A stretch of DNA of 64,000 nucleotides from a virus: positions 1 through 64,000 of IMG/VR virus record IMGVR_UViG_3300028840_000888; one strand, 5' to 3'. Position numbers and translations under genes: made by a program. Position 1 is the stretch's first letter, and every line of letters begins with the position of its first letter. Shown in pieces: positions 27,559-37,131 of the stretch. The notes beneath the pieces are model-generated. The model ran no database searches and was not told the origin of the DNA. It worked only from the letters and a program-made list of their open reading frames with translations.

Positions 27559-28902
27559 TTAGCTGCCACTCACGGCACCCAAGATGACGAACGGGCTAAC
27601 CTGAGTCGTCCCGTCCTGATACGTCAGCGGTGCGCTCATCCAGGGCTGACCATCTACGCGATACACCATGCGGAAGCTCGTTTGATCGTGGCGGAAAAGC
27701 TCAATATCGGTACTGCGGAAGGTGACTTCCTGGCGCTGTCCGATCACGTACTTGCTCCAATCTGCCAGCAAGATACTGCCTTGCGTTCCGGGTAGCGGTA
27801 GCTTTTCTTCCCAAATGATCGGATAGCCGAACAAGGTCGAAGGCACGCCCTCGCGGGCGTTCGGGATGAAGACGTAGGAGGGGTTGGCAGCCGGGCCATT
27901 GAGTTGGATCAGGTTCGCCATGTGCTGGCGGTTGATGTGCCATACGGGGCTACGGCCCTGGAAGGCCATGAGCATGTTGGCAAGGTCGCCAACGGAGAGG
28001 TTGGCGGCTGCCTGGGCCACAACGAGCGTGGGCTGGTTCACGGCAGTAATGACGCCGAGCGGTTGCCCGGTGCCGGTGCCTTGCAGGTAGGCGAGTTCAG
28101 AGTACCAGCGGATCGCCCCGGCGAAGCCCATCTCAGACTGTAGCCAAGTATCCAGGCTGATTACGGCATCTTCCAAAAGTTCATCAGAACTAATCGAGTA
28201 GCACACGAGCTTGTGTGCCACGAGCTGCATCTGTTTGAACTGCGGCGTGCTTTCATTTTTATTACTAGCTTCTTCCGTCCATGATGCAGTCATCCCGCCG
28301 AACCATGCCGGAGTCCCGGCGGTCGTGTTGGTCTGGTCAAGCACCGGAATGCGCAGAGCGCGCCGACGCATGGGAATGACCATTGCACGGGTGGCAATGG
28401 GCTGCGCGATAGGATCAAGGGCCAGCAGTTGATCGCGGTATTCGGTCGGGACAAGGAAACCACCATCGGCCCCCACATTTTCCACGAGCGCCTTGTTCTC
28501 CCATTGGCCGTCAACGCCGCCAGACGGCGCGCTTTCACTGTACAGCTTTGAAGCGGGCTCACTCCGATCTTGCCAATCGTGTAGGCGCGCATCAACATGA
28601 AAGCGGTGCTTTGAGCTTCCGGCGACATGCACGTGATAGGCGAAGTCGCCCAGGTTCCTGAATCCACCAGGCGCGACGGGTGCAGGCTGCCGGTTAGTCT
28701 CGGCCTCGATGTTTTTGAGCTCCTTCTGTGCATCGGTCAGAAGCTCTAACTGTGCAGCCTGGTTGCCGTAGGTCTGCGCCTCGGCATACAACTCCTCAGA
28801 GCGCTTGATGTCTTCGGGCGTTGCCTGGTCGCTACTGACCAGGGCCAGGGCCTCGTTAACGCACTGAGTACGCTTCTCTTGAAGTTCTCGAATTTTAGAC
28901 AT
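27559..28902 (-). CDS. Major capsid protein, HK97 family
   Basis: N-terminal coiled-coil delta domain, ADGGFLVP, W.EE, ISSDELLED, LFGYPI, F..DQT.FR...RVDG. Confidence 0.95.
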   Translation of the reverse strand: MSKIRELQEKRTQCVNEALALVSSDQATPEDIKRSEELYAEAQTYGNQAAQLELLTDAQKELKNIEAETNRQPAPVAPGGFRNLGDFAYHVHVAGSSKHRFHVDARLHDWQDRSEPASKLYSESAPSGGVDGQWENKALVENVGADGGFLVPTEYRDQLLALDPIAQPIATRAMVIPMRRRALRIPVLDQTNTTAGTPAWFGGMTASWTEEASNKNESTPQFKQMQLVAHKLVCYSISSDELLEDAVISLDTWLQSEMGFAGAIRWYSELAYLQGTGTGQPLGVITAVNQPTLVVAQAAANLSVGDLANMLMAFQGRSPVWHINRQHMANLIQLNGPAANPSYVFIPNAREGVPSTLFGYPIIWEEKLPLPGTQGSILLADWSKYVIGQRQEVTFRSTDIELFRHDQTSFRMVYRVDGQPWMSAPLTYQDGTTQVSPFVILGAVSGS

Positions 28903-28914
28903 GATTGTCCTCCA

Positions 28915-30873
28915 TTAAGTTAGTTTGTTAAGTTTTTGATACATCTCAATCCGTTGTCGTAACAGTTCCGCTTCGGTGGGTGCCTCATCAGGCGGCCCGG
29001 CCTCAGTGTCGCGGCCCTTATTTTCCTCATCTTCATTACCTGCCATGTCGTCTTCCGGTTCCACGGGCTCTTCCTCAGAAGGCATGGCGGTATCCAGCAT
29101 CTCCTCAAGCGCGGTGGCTGCGGCATGGATCTGGTCAATGGTTGCGCGTATGCGTTGTGCGTTGGCCTTGCTAATGGCGCGCCTGGCCTTTACCTCGCTG
29201 ACAGCATCCTCAAGCGCCATCATATAAGAGTAGGTAGTGTGCGACGGCATTTCGTAAATCTCTTGCGGGCACCTATCAGAGAATAAGTCAAGCATATCAC
29301 CAAGTATACTGCTCATTAGCTTGCGCTGTTCGCGGCCTATGTTTCCGTACATGTACGAGTCGTCACAAATCATGGTGTACATCTTATGAATACAGCCCTG
29401 TAAATAGTCACCGAACATGGGCATACCTTGCATTTTTGATTCATTGCCTTTGTTCGCGCCCATTTCCTCTTGATCCCACGGAGGTACAAGCCCGTCGTCG
29501 TCAAACTCCTCGCGCATCTTGGCATAGTAGCGCGCAACTTGCGTCTTGACGCGCTCTTGCTCTGCTTCTGGAATACCCACACCGCCACGTGCTCCCTGTA
29601 GCACTCCGGCAACGGCAAAAATTGCGCTAGGAATTGCAGTGAGTTCGCCGTTGATCACATCAGCATAGCCGAGCTTGTATCCACCAACCTGCTCGTCGGC
29701 TTCTGGATCACGGTAAAAGAAGGCATTCGCATATCGCTTCCAGTCTATCGTATCCAAGTCTTCGCTTTCGTCTTCACTTGCCCAACGACGTACACGCCCC
29801 TCCGCTTCCGTAGAATCCCATGCGCGATCACGCGATGCAAGTGGTAAGTTCTGATAAGTCAGCACGGCCTTTTTATCTTTCTTCATATCGCCCTCCGTTT
29901 TCTTCGCTGAGAGTGTGGCGGTCGCGGGATTCATGCCCCACAACACGTTGCTATACTCCCATAGCCTGATTTCCTTTAGTTGTCGCACGCTGCATTTCTC
30001 ACCGTTGCAGTTGGCTTCGACAAACTCAATCTGTACCGGGTCATAGCCGATGCTGCTTTCCGTGACGAAGCCGCCAGCCACGAGATTGAAGGCATTGCGC
30101 CCGTTATCCGTCTTCATGGCGTACTGTGTAGCCACGAGCAGGCCGCCGGTGGCATCGGGGGCATAACGTAGCACCTCCACGGGTAATTGATCCTGCCCGA
30201 CCTCACGCATCCATAGCGGCTTACCGATGACATTGTGAATTGAGTGCGCCTGGTGATTATCAAGGACACGCACCCGGCGGGCACTTTCGTCAATGCTCTT
30301 GGTGAAGGCTCCCGGCATGATCATGTCGCCGCCATCGTCAATATTGCCAATGACGGCCACGACCTGCTCAACTATGCCCTGGGCCTCATCGGCCTTGACC
30401 ACAAAGGTAGGCATCCGCTTGACTTCATAGTCTGGAAGATTGCGGTATGCGCCCGTCTTGCGTAGCTTCTGCGCATCAATTTTCTTTTTCATAGTGTTTA
30501 GAACCTCCTTCATACGACCTTCGCCCAACTGCCCAACGACGCCCCACTTCACCCATGCCACGACTCCGGCGATATTTGAAATGTTCGGCTCATCCGGGCT
30601 GCTGCCGGTAAAAGCGTCGCCGTTGTCAAAATGTCTTGCGGCCCATGCTTCACGTTCGCGGATCCATTCAAGCACGGCCTCACCTTCACTGCCGTCACGC
30701 GCACGCCCCCATAGCGTAAAGGCTTCATTACCGCGAATATTACCACCGGCATCCCATATCTGTGGGTAGTCGTCGCGTAAATCCTCAGCCCATGCCCGGT
30801 CAAACTGCGGATAATTGGAATTGCGCAGGCTTACCTTTAGATCATCGCCCTGTTGCGGGAAGTTAGTCGGCAT
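28915..30873 (-). CDS. Prohead maturation protease (HK97 family), multi-domain
   Basis: GNID.GGD.IMPGAF, LDNH, IGKP, SSIGY, LKEIRLWEYS.V..GMN; extra N- and C-terminal domains. Confidence 0.9.
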   Translation of the reverse strand: MPTNFPQQGDDLKVSLRNSNYPQFDRAWAEDLRDDYPQIWDAGGNIRGNEAFTLWGRARDGSEGEAVLEWIREREAWAARHFDNGDAFTGSSPDEPNISNIAGVVAWVKWGVVGQLGEGRMKEVLNTMKKKIDAQKLRKTGAYRNLPDYEVKRMPTFVVKADEAQGIVEQVVAVIGNIDDGGDMIMPGAFTKSIDESARRVRVLDNHQAHSIHNVIGKPLWMREVGQDQLPVEVLRYAPDATGGLLVATQYAMKTDNGRNAFNLVAGGFVTESSIGYDPVQIEFVEANCNGEKCSVRQLKEIRLWEYSNVLWGMNPATATLSAKKTEGDMKKDKKAVLTYQNLPLASRDRAWDSTEAEGRVRRWASEDESEDLDTIDWKRYANAFFYRDPEADEQVGGYKLGYADVINGELTAIPSAIFAVAGVLQGARGGVGIPEAEQERVKTQVARYYAKMREEFDDDGLVPPWDQEEMGANKGNESKMQGMPMFGDYLQGCIHKMYTMICDDSYMYGNIGREQRKLMSSILGDMLDLFSDRCPQEIYEMPSHTTYSYMMALEDAVSEVKARRAISKANAQRIRATIDQIHAAATALEEMLDTAMPSEEEPVEPEDDMAGNEDEENKGRDTEAGPPDEAPTEAELLRQRIEMYQKLNKLT

Positions 30874-31174
30874 GTTGCTTCTCCTGTGCCCTCGCCCACT
30901 TCTCATCTATCACGAGGATATGCAGGCGTTCTGTGTAGCCGCCGCGCACAGTTTTTCCACTGACGGGTAGCTTTTCGATGGTCACGACCTCGGTGTCTAA
31001 AATGTGCGGCGGTATTGACTTATTACCATAATTTAATACTGTGTAGCTTGGATTTGCGGCCATACCCGCGACTCTAACTGATGTTGTTCGTGCCGTTAGG
31101 TGCGCGAAAAATACACACAGGGCGTTTGGTTCAATGCCCAACTCTCTACAAAGCTCAATAATTGCGTGGTTCAT
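30863..31174 (-). CDS. Hypothetical protein
   Basis: GAGG RBS, coupled to neighbours. Confidence 0.6.
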   Translation of the reverse strand: MNHAIIELCRELGIEPNALCVFFAHLTARTTSVRVAGMAANPSYTVLNYGNKSIPPHILDTEVVTIEKLPVSGKTVRGGYTERLHILVIDEKWARAQEKQHAD

Positions 31175-31365
31175 TTTACCTCACTCGGTCCAGGTCGGCG
31201 CGCCGTGTCTGTTTCGGTTTTGCGCTCAAAGATCACGCGCAAGCCACACCCTGGGCATGTCTTGACTATCTGCTGTCCCGGCGCAATAGGGCGCTGGATA
31301 AAAATGCGCGCCTGACATTCCGGGCAGTGTACCACTGCCACTTTTTGGTATGTGTAATCCTGCAT
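31171..31365 (-). CDS. Small zinc-ribbon protein
   Basis: CPEC...CPGC. Confidence 0.65.
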   Translation of the reverse strand: MQDYTYQKVAVVHCPECQARIFIQRPIAPGQQIVKTCPGCGLRVIFERKTETDTARRPGPSEVK

Positions 31366-32282
31366 TATACTACCCCCTGCGTTACGTCCTGCGTAATCAC
31401 TGTAAATGTAGCAATAAGCGGCTCTGCACTATTACGCGCATTGGCCCCCGGTACTTCCATATCCACGATGTAGCTATATGTTGCATCTGTAGTGAAATTG
31501 TAGTCGCCAACAGCGCCGCCGGTCGGCGCCCAACGCAGCATTAGGAGCTCATTGTTTTCAAAACGCTGCCGCAACGCATTGAATACCATCCCGTCGGCTT
31601 CCGTGTAAAGTACCTCAATAGTCACGCGTTCGGCAATACGCTTTCCCATTGACACGATGGGCGTGTCCGTTGCCTGCGGCTGCGTCTCAGAAAAACGCCG
31701 GGAGCGGCGCGGGGTGCGGATTGAATTGGCAAAGCCGCTGACATCCACCCAGTTAATGTTATCGGTCGAGTATTCTATGAAATAGCAGCCCTGTGGATTG
31801 GCGGTTACATGCGCCTCAGTAAATAGTCCACACCATGCTGCCTCGGCATCACTATTAAGCGCCCCGACCACAGCCGGGAAGCCTGCCGCATAGCCGCCGG
31901 TAAGACGGTCGGTGCGAATTACGGATGGGTCATCGCTGCCGGTCTCATTAATAAATGATGTGTTGTTATTGACCTGGCGTGCGATCCACACGTAATCTGT
32001 CGTCAGCACTACACTGCCGGCTAGTGCTATTTCATATTGCGCCGCTCCGACCGCCACGGCAAAATCTGCCGTCTGAGCAAGCAGGGCCGATGGTAGACTT
32101 GCCACATCGCTGTAAATCCCTAATCTGTAGCGCGCTCCGGCGGGTGCAGTTACAACACGGAAGCGCAGCATTGATGCAGTTATAGGCGGCTGAATCGGGC
32201 AGCGCATGAAAAATGTCCATGTCTGGTTGATGTCCTGCTTGGAGGTAGCAAGACGTCCGCCCACATCATACCAGGTTCCCAT
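31365..32282 (-). CDS. Second tail-tube-like protein with N-terminal appended domain
   Basis: C-terminal ~145 aa align by eye with the major tail protein; N-terminal RLGIYSD....P..LLAQT beta domain. Confidence 0.7.
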   Translation of the reverse strand: MGTWYDVGGRLATSKQDINQTWTFFMRCPIQPPITASMLRFRVVTAPAGARYRLGIYSDVASLPSALLAQTADFAVAVGAAQYEIALAGSVVLTTDYVWIARQVNNNTSFINETGSDDPSVIRTDRLTGGYAAGFPAVVGALNSDAEAAWCGLFTEAHVTANPQGCYFIEYSTDNINWVDVSGFANSIRTPRRSRRFSETQPQATDTPIVSMGKRIAERVTIEVLYTEADGMVFNALRQRFENNELLMLRWAPTGGAVGDYNFTTDATYSYIVDMEVPGANARNSAEPLIATFTVITQDVTQGVV

Positions 32283-34750
32283 TACCCTACCCCCATGAAT
32301 GAGTTAAGGCGTCGGGAGCGCCGGTCTTGAATCATTGCGCCAAGTACGCGGGCGGCCCCGCCATCATAGACATTAGTAATGAAGGTGTCACCGCCGCCGG
32401 TAGCCTGCGCCCGTGATCCTTCAAGCGGCGCAACTGTGACCTGCTCGGCACCAGCTTCACCTGCCACGAAGTTGAAAGCTGTGGGTCGGTTTACGAAACG
32501 CGTCATGCCTGCTTGGAAGAACTCTTGCTCGGTGCGTCCCGTGAATCCACCGGCGGCACCGCCTTCACCGGGTAGCTTGTCGCCGGTGACATTGACGTTG
32601 ATATTGATGTCACGCGGAATTGCAGCGGCAGCACTGGATACGCCTTCAAGGTTTCCGGCTGCGGTACGCGCCCTTCCGCTCAGATTTTCCATAGCCCCGC
32701 CAAGATTGCGCGCAGCGTTCGAGCTTTCATGTAATGCCCTGCGGTTCGCGCTGAACCTTTCCTCCATTGCACTACCAACTTGTGCGCCGCGCTCACCCGC
32801 CTCTGATAGTGTGCCAACAAACTCGGAAGTGCTCTGGCTCATGCCGACTATACTTTCATCCACTGTCTGCATAGATTCGACTATGGCTTGCATACGTGGC
32901 GCCGCTTCTACTGCAACGGTATCTAGTCCCTGTGTTAAATTGCGCGTTTCACGAACTGACATGCCTAATGTTTCGCGCATGTTAGCCATGCGCTGATCAA
33001 TCGCCTCTATTGATTTGCCGCCGCGCTTCCCCACCTGCGTCATTTCTTTAGTGATTTCTTCTGTGTCTTTCGCAAGCCCTTGTACTGCACCATCCATAGC
33101 AAGTAGTTTGTCGGTGCGCTTTTCTATCGGGTCGCCCTCAATGATCTCTACATCACTGATCCCATCCAGTTCTCTTGAGAGTTTACCGGCGGCATCCGCC
33201 ATGCCCTGTGCGTCAACTGCGCCGCTCTCAAATTGTGAGGCAATTTCATCTATACCTTGAATGGCCTCAAGCGTTGCGTCATCCAGCAGGCCCCACTCAT
33301 TGGCAACCTGCTGTAAGCCCATAAGCTCAGCTTGTGTAAGCCCATCTAGGGCCAGGCGTTGCTCAAGGAATCCTAGCAGTATGCGGCGTGTCGCTTCTTC
33401 ATGGGCCGCTGCATTATCCTCAACGGCTTGCTGTGCGTCGCGCAGGCTGCCTTGCAGGTCTGAAAGTTGGCCCTTCTGATCATCTGTAAGATACCGCCGA
33501 CCTTCAAGTTCGGCTATCTGGTCTTTGAGTTCACGCACTTTGACACGGGCCTCATGCTGTTTCTCGGTGAAGCTCTCAACCTCTTGACTTATTGGCCCGC
33601 TCAATAATGTGTGGTATTGTGAAACGGCGTCTTTGGTCGCGGCAATTGCGCCCTCAAGTGTCTCGGCGTCTTGGGATGCGCTTCTCATGCTGACGCCCAT
33701 ATCACTAAAGCCCTCGCTGGCATACTCGCCGGCGCGGGCCGCTTGCGTAGTCTCAAAGGTGACACGATCCATAGTGTCGCCAAAACCCACGCCCAGGCGA
33801 ATGGCCTCATCAATGACCAAGTTATTATCGCCAAAAATCTTGTCAACTTCCTGCGCGGCCATGCCTTCTTCAAATAGTGACTTGCGTACAGTTTGGGCAA
33901 CCCGGTCAAATTCTGCGGTGGTCTGAATAGCAACCATCTGAGTGCGCGCGTAGTCTTCCCATGTGCGGCCCGCATCAATGGCCTGTTGTGTGTTGTCAGC
34001 TAGTGCGTCGCTTAGGTCGCGGGTGAAGGTAAAGACCTTGCTGGCGCTGTTCAGAACCGGGACTATGCCGTCAGCCACCCAAGAGACAAAGGCGTTCTTG
34101 GAGTCTGTGACAATGGCGGTAAGCCGGTCAATGCTGGCCTGTTGGCTATTCACGGAATCACCCAGGCGCTCCATAGACTGCGCCCCGATTTCAAGCACGG
34201 CATTGTTAAAGGCTGCCTCGCGGGATAGTCCGGGCATGGCGGCTTGCAGTTCCTCAATACGCGTGCGCACCTGAGCGCTGCTGATCCCGAAGTTGTCAAG
34301 ACGCGGGATTGACTGGTTTGCCAGGAGCGCGCTAAAGTCTCCAATACGGTCGCCCGCGCTCATGGTCTGGTCGCCCAATGCCACGGCCATGCTGGTCAGC
34401 TTGGCTGCTTGGTCAGCATTGTCAGCGAGGCCCATTGACAGGAATTTCGACACGGCCTGCATAGAGGTCATGCTGTCAATAGTGCCGTTAGTCGCCTGGC
34501 GGATCTGGCGTAGGAATTTGTCAGCCTCTTGCTCACTACCGGCAAGTGCAGTAAAGCGGTCGGCTACCGTGTTCACGGAAGCGCCGAGCTTCGCCATTTC
34601 AAACGTAGCAGTTAAAGCCCCGGCTGCTGCGGCGGCCCCTGCGAATGGCGCGGATTTACGCAGGGCATCAAAGGCATCTTCAATATTCTTAATGCCTTTA
34701 GTGTCCGATGATGTATCGACCTGTACTTCTACCCTGTTTCTACGCGCCAT
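32282..34750 (-). CDS. Tape measure protein
   Basis: 822 aa Ala/Gln-rich helical protein directly after frameshifted chaperone pair; C-terminal GEAGAE.V. Confidence 0.9.
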   Translation of the reverse strand: MARRNRVEVQVDTSSDTKGIKNIEDAFDALRKSAPFAGAAAAAGALTATFEMAKLGASVNTVADRFTALAGSEQEADKFLRQIRQATNGTIDSMTSMQAVSKFLSMGLADNADQAAKLTSMAVALGDQTMSAGDRIGDFSALLANQSIPRLDNFGISSAQVRTRIEELQAAMPGLSREAAFNNAVLEIGAQSMERLGDSVNSQQASIDRLTAIVTDSKNAFVSWVADGIVPVLNSASKVFTFTRDLSDALADNTQQAIDAGRTWEDYARTQMVAIQTTAEFDRVAQTVRKSLFEEGMAAQEVDKIFGDNNLVIDEAIRLGVGFGDTMDRVTFETTQAARAGEYASEGFSDMGVSMRSASQDAETLEGAIAATKDAVSQYHTLLSGPISQEVESFTEKQHEARVKVRELKDQIAELEGRRYLTDDQKGQLSDLQGSLRDAQQAVEDNAAAHEEATRRILLGFLEQRLALDGLTQAELMGLQQVANEWGLLDDATLEAIQGIDEIASQFESGAVDAQGMADAAGKLSRELDGISDVEIIEGDPIEKRTDKLLAMDGAVQGLAKDTEEITKEMTQVGKRGGKSIEAIDQRMANMRETLGMSVRETRNLTQGLDTVAVEAAPRMQAIVESMQTVDESIVGMSQSTSEFVGTLSEAGERGAQVGSAMEERFSANRRALHESSNAARNLGGAMENLSGRARTAAGNLEGVSSAAAAIPRDININVNVTGDKLPGEGGAAGGFTGRTEQEFFQAGMTRFVNRPTAFNFVAGEAGAEQVTVAPLEGSRAQATGGGDTFITNVYDGGAARVLGAMIQDRRSRRLNSFMGVG

Positions 34751-35051
34751 TGTTTTCTAATTCACTTCGTAATTTGATTATGTCCTGTATGAGCGGCCAT
34801 TGCTCTTTGTGCTGTGCCAACCAGTCCGAGATTTTGCCATCTATCTGCCGATTTGTCCAAGCTCGCCACGCGTCATAGTAAGCCCATGATGCCAAGATGC
34901 GGTTTAGCTCCCCCGCCGGCCATTCATTGAAGGCCCCTGGGTACGGCTTGATATTCCAACCGCGCATCCTGAACGCATGCGTTAGCTCTCGCGGCGGCGT
35001 TGCGCTGGCGTCATCAGCCGTTGCAACCGCCGCGAGTATCATGCTTTTGGG
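34740..35051 (-). CDS. Tail assembly chaperone, -1 frameshift extension (gpGT-like)
   Basis: Open in -1 frame from slippery heptamer CCCAAAA; stop overlaps TMP start. Confidence 0.8.
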   Translation of the reverse strand, partial: PKSMILAAVATADDASATPPRELTHAFRMRGWNIKPYPGAFNEWPAGELNRILASWAYYDAWRAWTNRQIDGKISDWLAQHKEQWPLIQDIIKLRSELENNGA

Positions 35052-35359
35052 ATTTGTGCATAGCTCAGTATTTCGCGCTGCGCAATGCTGGAAATCCAAG
35101 TCACGGCACGCGGGTCAAGTTCATGCACGGCGCTCTCATTGTAGCTGCACCAGCCGAGCCGGGCCAGGGTGCGCGCGACGACGCCATTGTATTCAGGCCC
35201 ACTCATGCCCTGGTCATCCTTACCAGTGCGCTTATTACGCGCCTTGATGTACTCGTCCTTGACGTTTCGCTCCGTGCCGAAATACAACTCCATCGCGCCC
35301 TGCGTGAACGGTTCCGGGATGCTGACTTTAATATTGTACTCTTTAAGTTCAGCTTTCAT
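35039..35359 (-). CDS. Tail assembly chaperone (gpG-like)
   Basis: Between tail tube and TMP; ends ATC CCA AAA GCA TGA. Confidence 0.82.
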   Translation of the reverse strand: MKAELKEYNIKVSIPEPFTQGAMELYFGTERNVKDEYIKARNKRTGKDDQGMSGPEYNGVVARTLARLGWCSYNESAVHELDPRAVTWISSIAQREILSYAQIPKA

Positions 35360-35367
35360 GGTTCCTC

Positions 35368-35850
35368 CTAACTCGAAATGGTATCGCGGTGAATCTTGTC
35401 GCTGAATAGCGAGAAGGAGAACGGAATAGGCGAGGCTTCGGACGCTTCGCCTCCGGGATAGTCAAAGTCCTGGATCACACCGCAGCGCACCTCATACTGC
35501 TTGTCGCCAATGGCGCCACCGGCAGGAGACCAGCGCGCGCAGTAGCGGGCATCATCACAATCCTCATCCTCAAACTTAGCGGCAATCGCCAAAAACGCAT
35601 CTGTCGGCTGCTCGGTATACAATCCTGCAAATAGCGGATTGACCGCAGTGCGCTTGCCGCCGTTGATGATAGGCGTGTCGTCACCGAATACCTGCGTCTC
35701 AGCAGTTATGCGCGTTTGTGTCGTATTGCTCACGCTCATAAAATGTCCGCTAATGTCCGTCCATGATCCACATACGCCAGCGGCGCATGGTGCGATCTCT
35801 AATTTTACACAACTCTGCGGAATCGAATAACCAGTTTTAGCCATCGTCAT
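35368..35850 (-). CDS. Major tail (tube) protein
   Basis: Position before chaperone and TMP; 160 aa beta-rich; GGAGG RBS. Confidence 0.8.
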   Translation of the reverse strand: MTMAKTGYSIPQSCVKLEIAPCAAGVCGSWTDISGHFMSVSNTTQTRITAETQVFGDDTPIINGGKRTAVNPLFAGLYTEQPTDAFLAIAAKFEDEDCDDARYCARWSPAGGAIGDKQYEVRCGVIQDFDYPGGEASEASPIPFSFSLFSDKIHRDTISS

Positions 35851-36191
35851 TACCTCCGTTTACAGTTGCAGCCTTCGCCATCCGGCGCGGGTGCAGTGAT
35901 AAATGAAAACGCCTGATCCTGCCAGGCTTTAAGCTCCTCTGCCTCTACGTCATCAATTTCGGCCGCATCTGCATACAGCAGGTCGCCAACCGTCTCGATC
36001 TCGTACTTCTTGAGCAGGGTTGCACGTTCTTGCCAGCCCTGCAAGATGTTAAGCGGCGGCGTATTGATCTTGTAAATCACGCCCTTTTCCTCTAGTATAC
36101 GCAGGGCCTTTGCGCTAAGCGCCTCACCACGAAAAACCTGCCCGCGCCGCTGTCCGGTACTCAAATTGTCCGTTGTGCGATAAAGTGCCAT
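35850..36191 (-). CDS. Hypothetical protein in tail module
   Basis: Coupled TAATG junctions; HhH-like 'L.K..IETVGDL' segment. Confidence 0.6.
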   Translation of the reverse strand: MALYRTTDNLSTGQRRGQVFRGEALSAKALRILEEKGVIYKINTPPLNILQGWQERATLLKKYEIETVGDLLYADAAEIDDVEAEELKAWQDQAFSFITAPAPDGEGCNCKRR

Positions 36192-36694
36192 TAGAATACC
36201 CTCACCTGAATTGTGCAGCGCAGCCCGGCGTAGAGGTCGCTAGTGTATGGAAAGGTGGCGCGCTGGATGTTGTATTGAAAGTTGCGTATACCATCTATGC
36301 CGAATAGCGATCCGCATGATTGATCATCAAAGATGGTCTGCAAAGCATCGAAGGCGCATGTCTGATTATAGATGTTTTCACCAAGATGATTGCGCTTTGA
36401 AATGTACAAGTCGGCTATGATAGTGAAGTCGTATTGAATGGTGCCGTTGGATTTGCTAAAGGTCGTCTTGCTCGTGTCACCCTGGGAGTCTACCGTCCCG
36501 CTGTTGTCCCAGTACACCTGTAGTGTGCCATTGTCATTGATGCCTTCAGTGATAGGGCCAAGACATACGCCTGAGCATGATGTCTCTTGCTGCCTGACGC
36601 CGGAGCTTTGCACGCGCTTCACAACGGTTGTCGCCGCGCCGAGTGTGCGCGCCACTGCATTGACTATCTGCACTAAGGTTATCGTTCCACTCAT
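36191..36694 (-). CDS. Tail terminator / tail completion protein
   Basis: Synteny after HK97-gp10-like gene. Confidence 0.55.
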   Translation of the reverse strand: MSGTITLVQIVNAVARTLGAATTVVKRVQSSGVRQQETSCSGVCLGPITEGINDNGTLQVYWDNSGTVDSQGDTSKTTFSKSNGTIQYDFTIIADLYISKRNHLGENIYNQTCAFDALQTIFDDQSCGSLFGIDGIRNFQYNIQRATFPYTSDLYAGLRCTIQVRVF

Positions 36695-37053
36695 TTTTCC
36701 ACTATCCAGGCCACTGCATCATCGAGTAGCTTTTCGATCTTCGCCAAGTTCTTCTCAAGTGCGCCTTGCAGATAATGACGGCGGCGCTCTTGTTTGGGCG
36801 CATACACCACATTACTACCCACTACGCCCATGATACGCTTCCCGCCTGCGCTGGTTCTGATCTCTGGTGTAATGCTGGCGCGTAGTCTGCCGGTTTTTAC
36901 CGGAGACAGGCGCTTGGCGTCACGCTGTACAAGGAGTGTAGCCTTGCGCATGGCATTGAGCAAGCCGTCGCCATCCAAGTCGCGGATGACTTGCTCTACC
37001 TTCTTTTGGGCCTCTTTTAGTCCCTTGATTTCTATTTGTATATCTGTGGGCAT
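36691..37053 (-). CDS. HK97 gp10-like neck protein
   Basis: IEIKGLKE, AKRLSPVKTGRLRASI, VGSNVVYA. Confidence 0.88.
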   Translation of the reverse strand: MPTDIQIEIKGLKEAQKKVEQVIRDLDGDGLLNAMRKATLLVQRDAKRLSPVKTGRLRASITPEIRTSAGGKRIMGVVGSNVVYAPKQERRRHYLQGALEKNLAKIEKLLDDAVAWIVEK

Positions 37054-37131
37054 AATGCAAAACGCGCCGCAGCACAATTAAGTGCTTGCGGCGCTCCTTT
37101 CGGGCTGCCTAATGTTTTACCTTACTACTCT

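Noticed and set aside
32379-34760. Long + strand ORFs opposite the tape measure, and similar shadow ORFs elsewhere
   Set aside because: Antisense shadows of GC-rich coding regions, with no RBS or motifs
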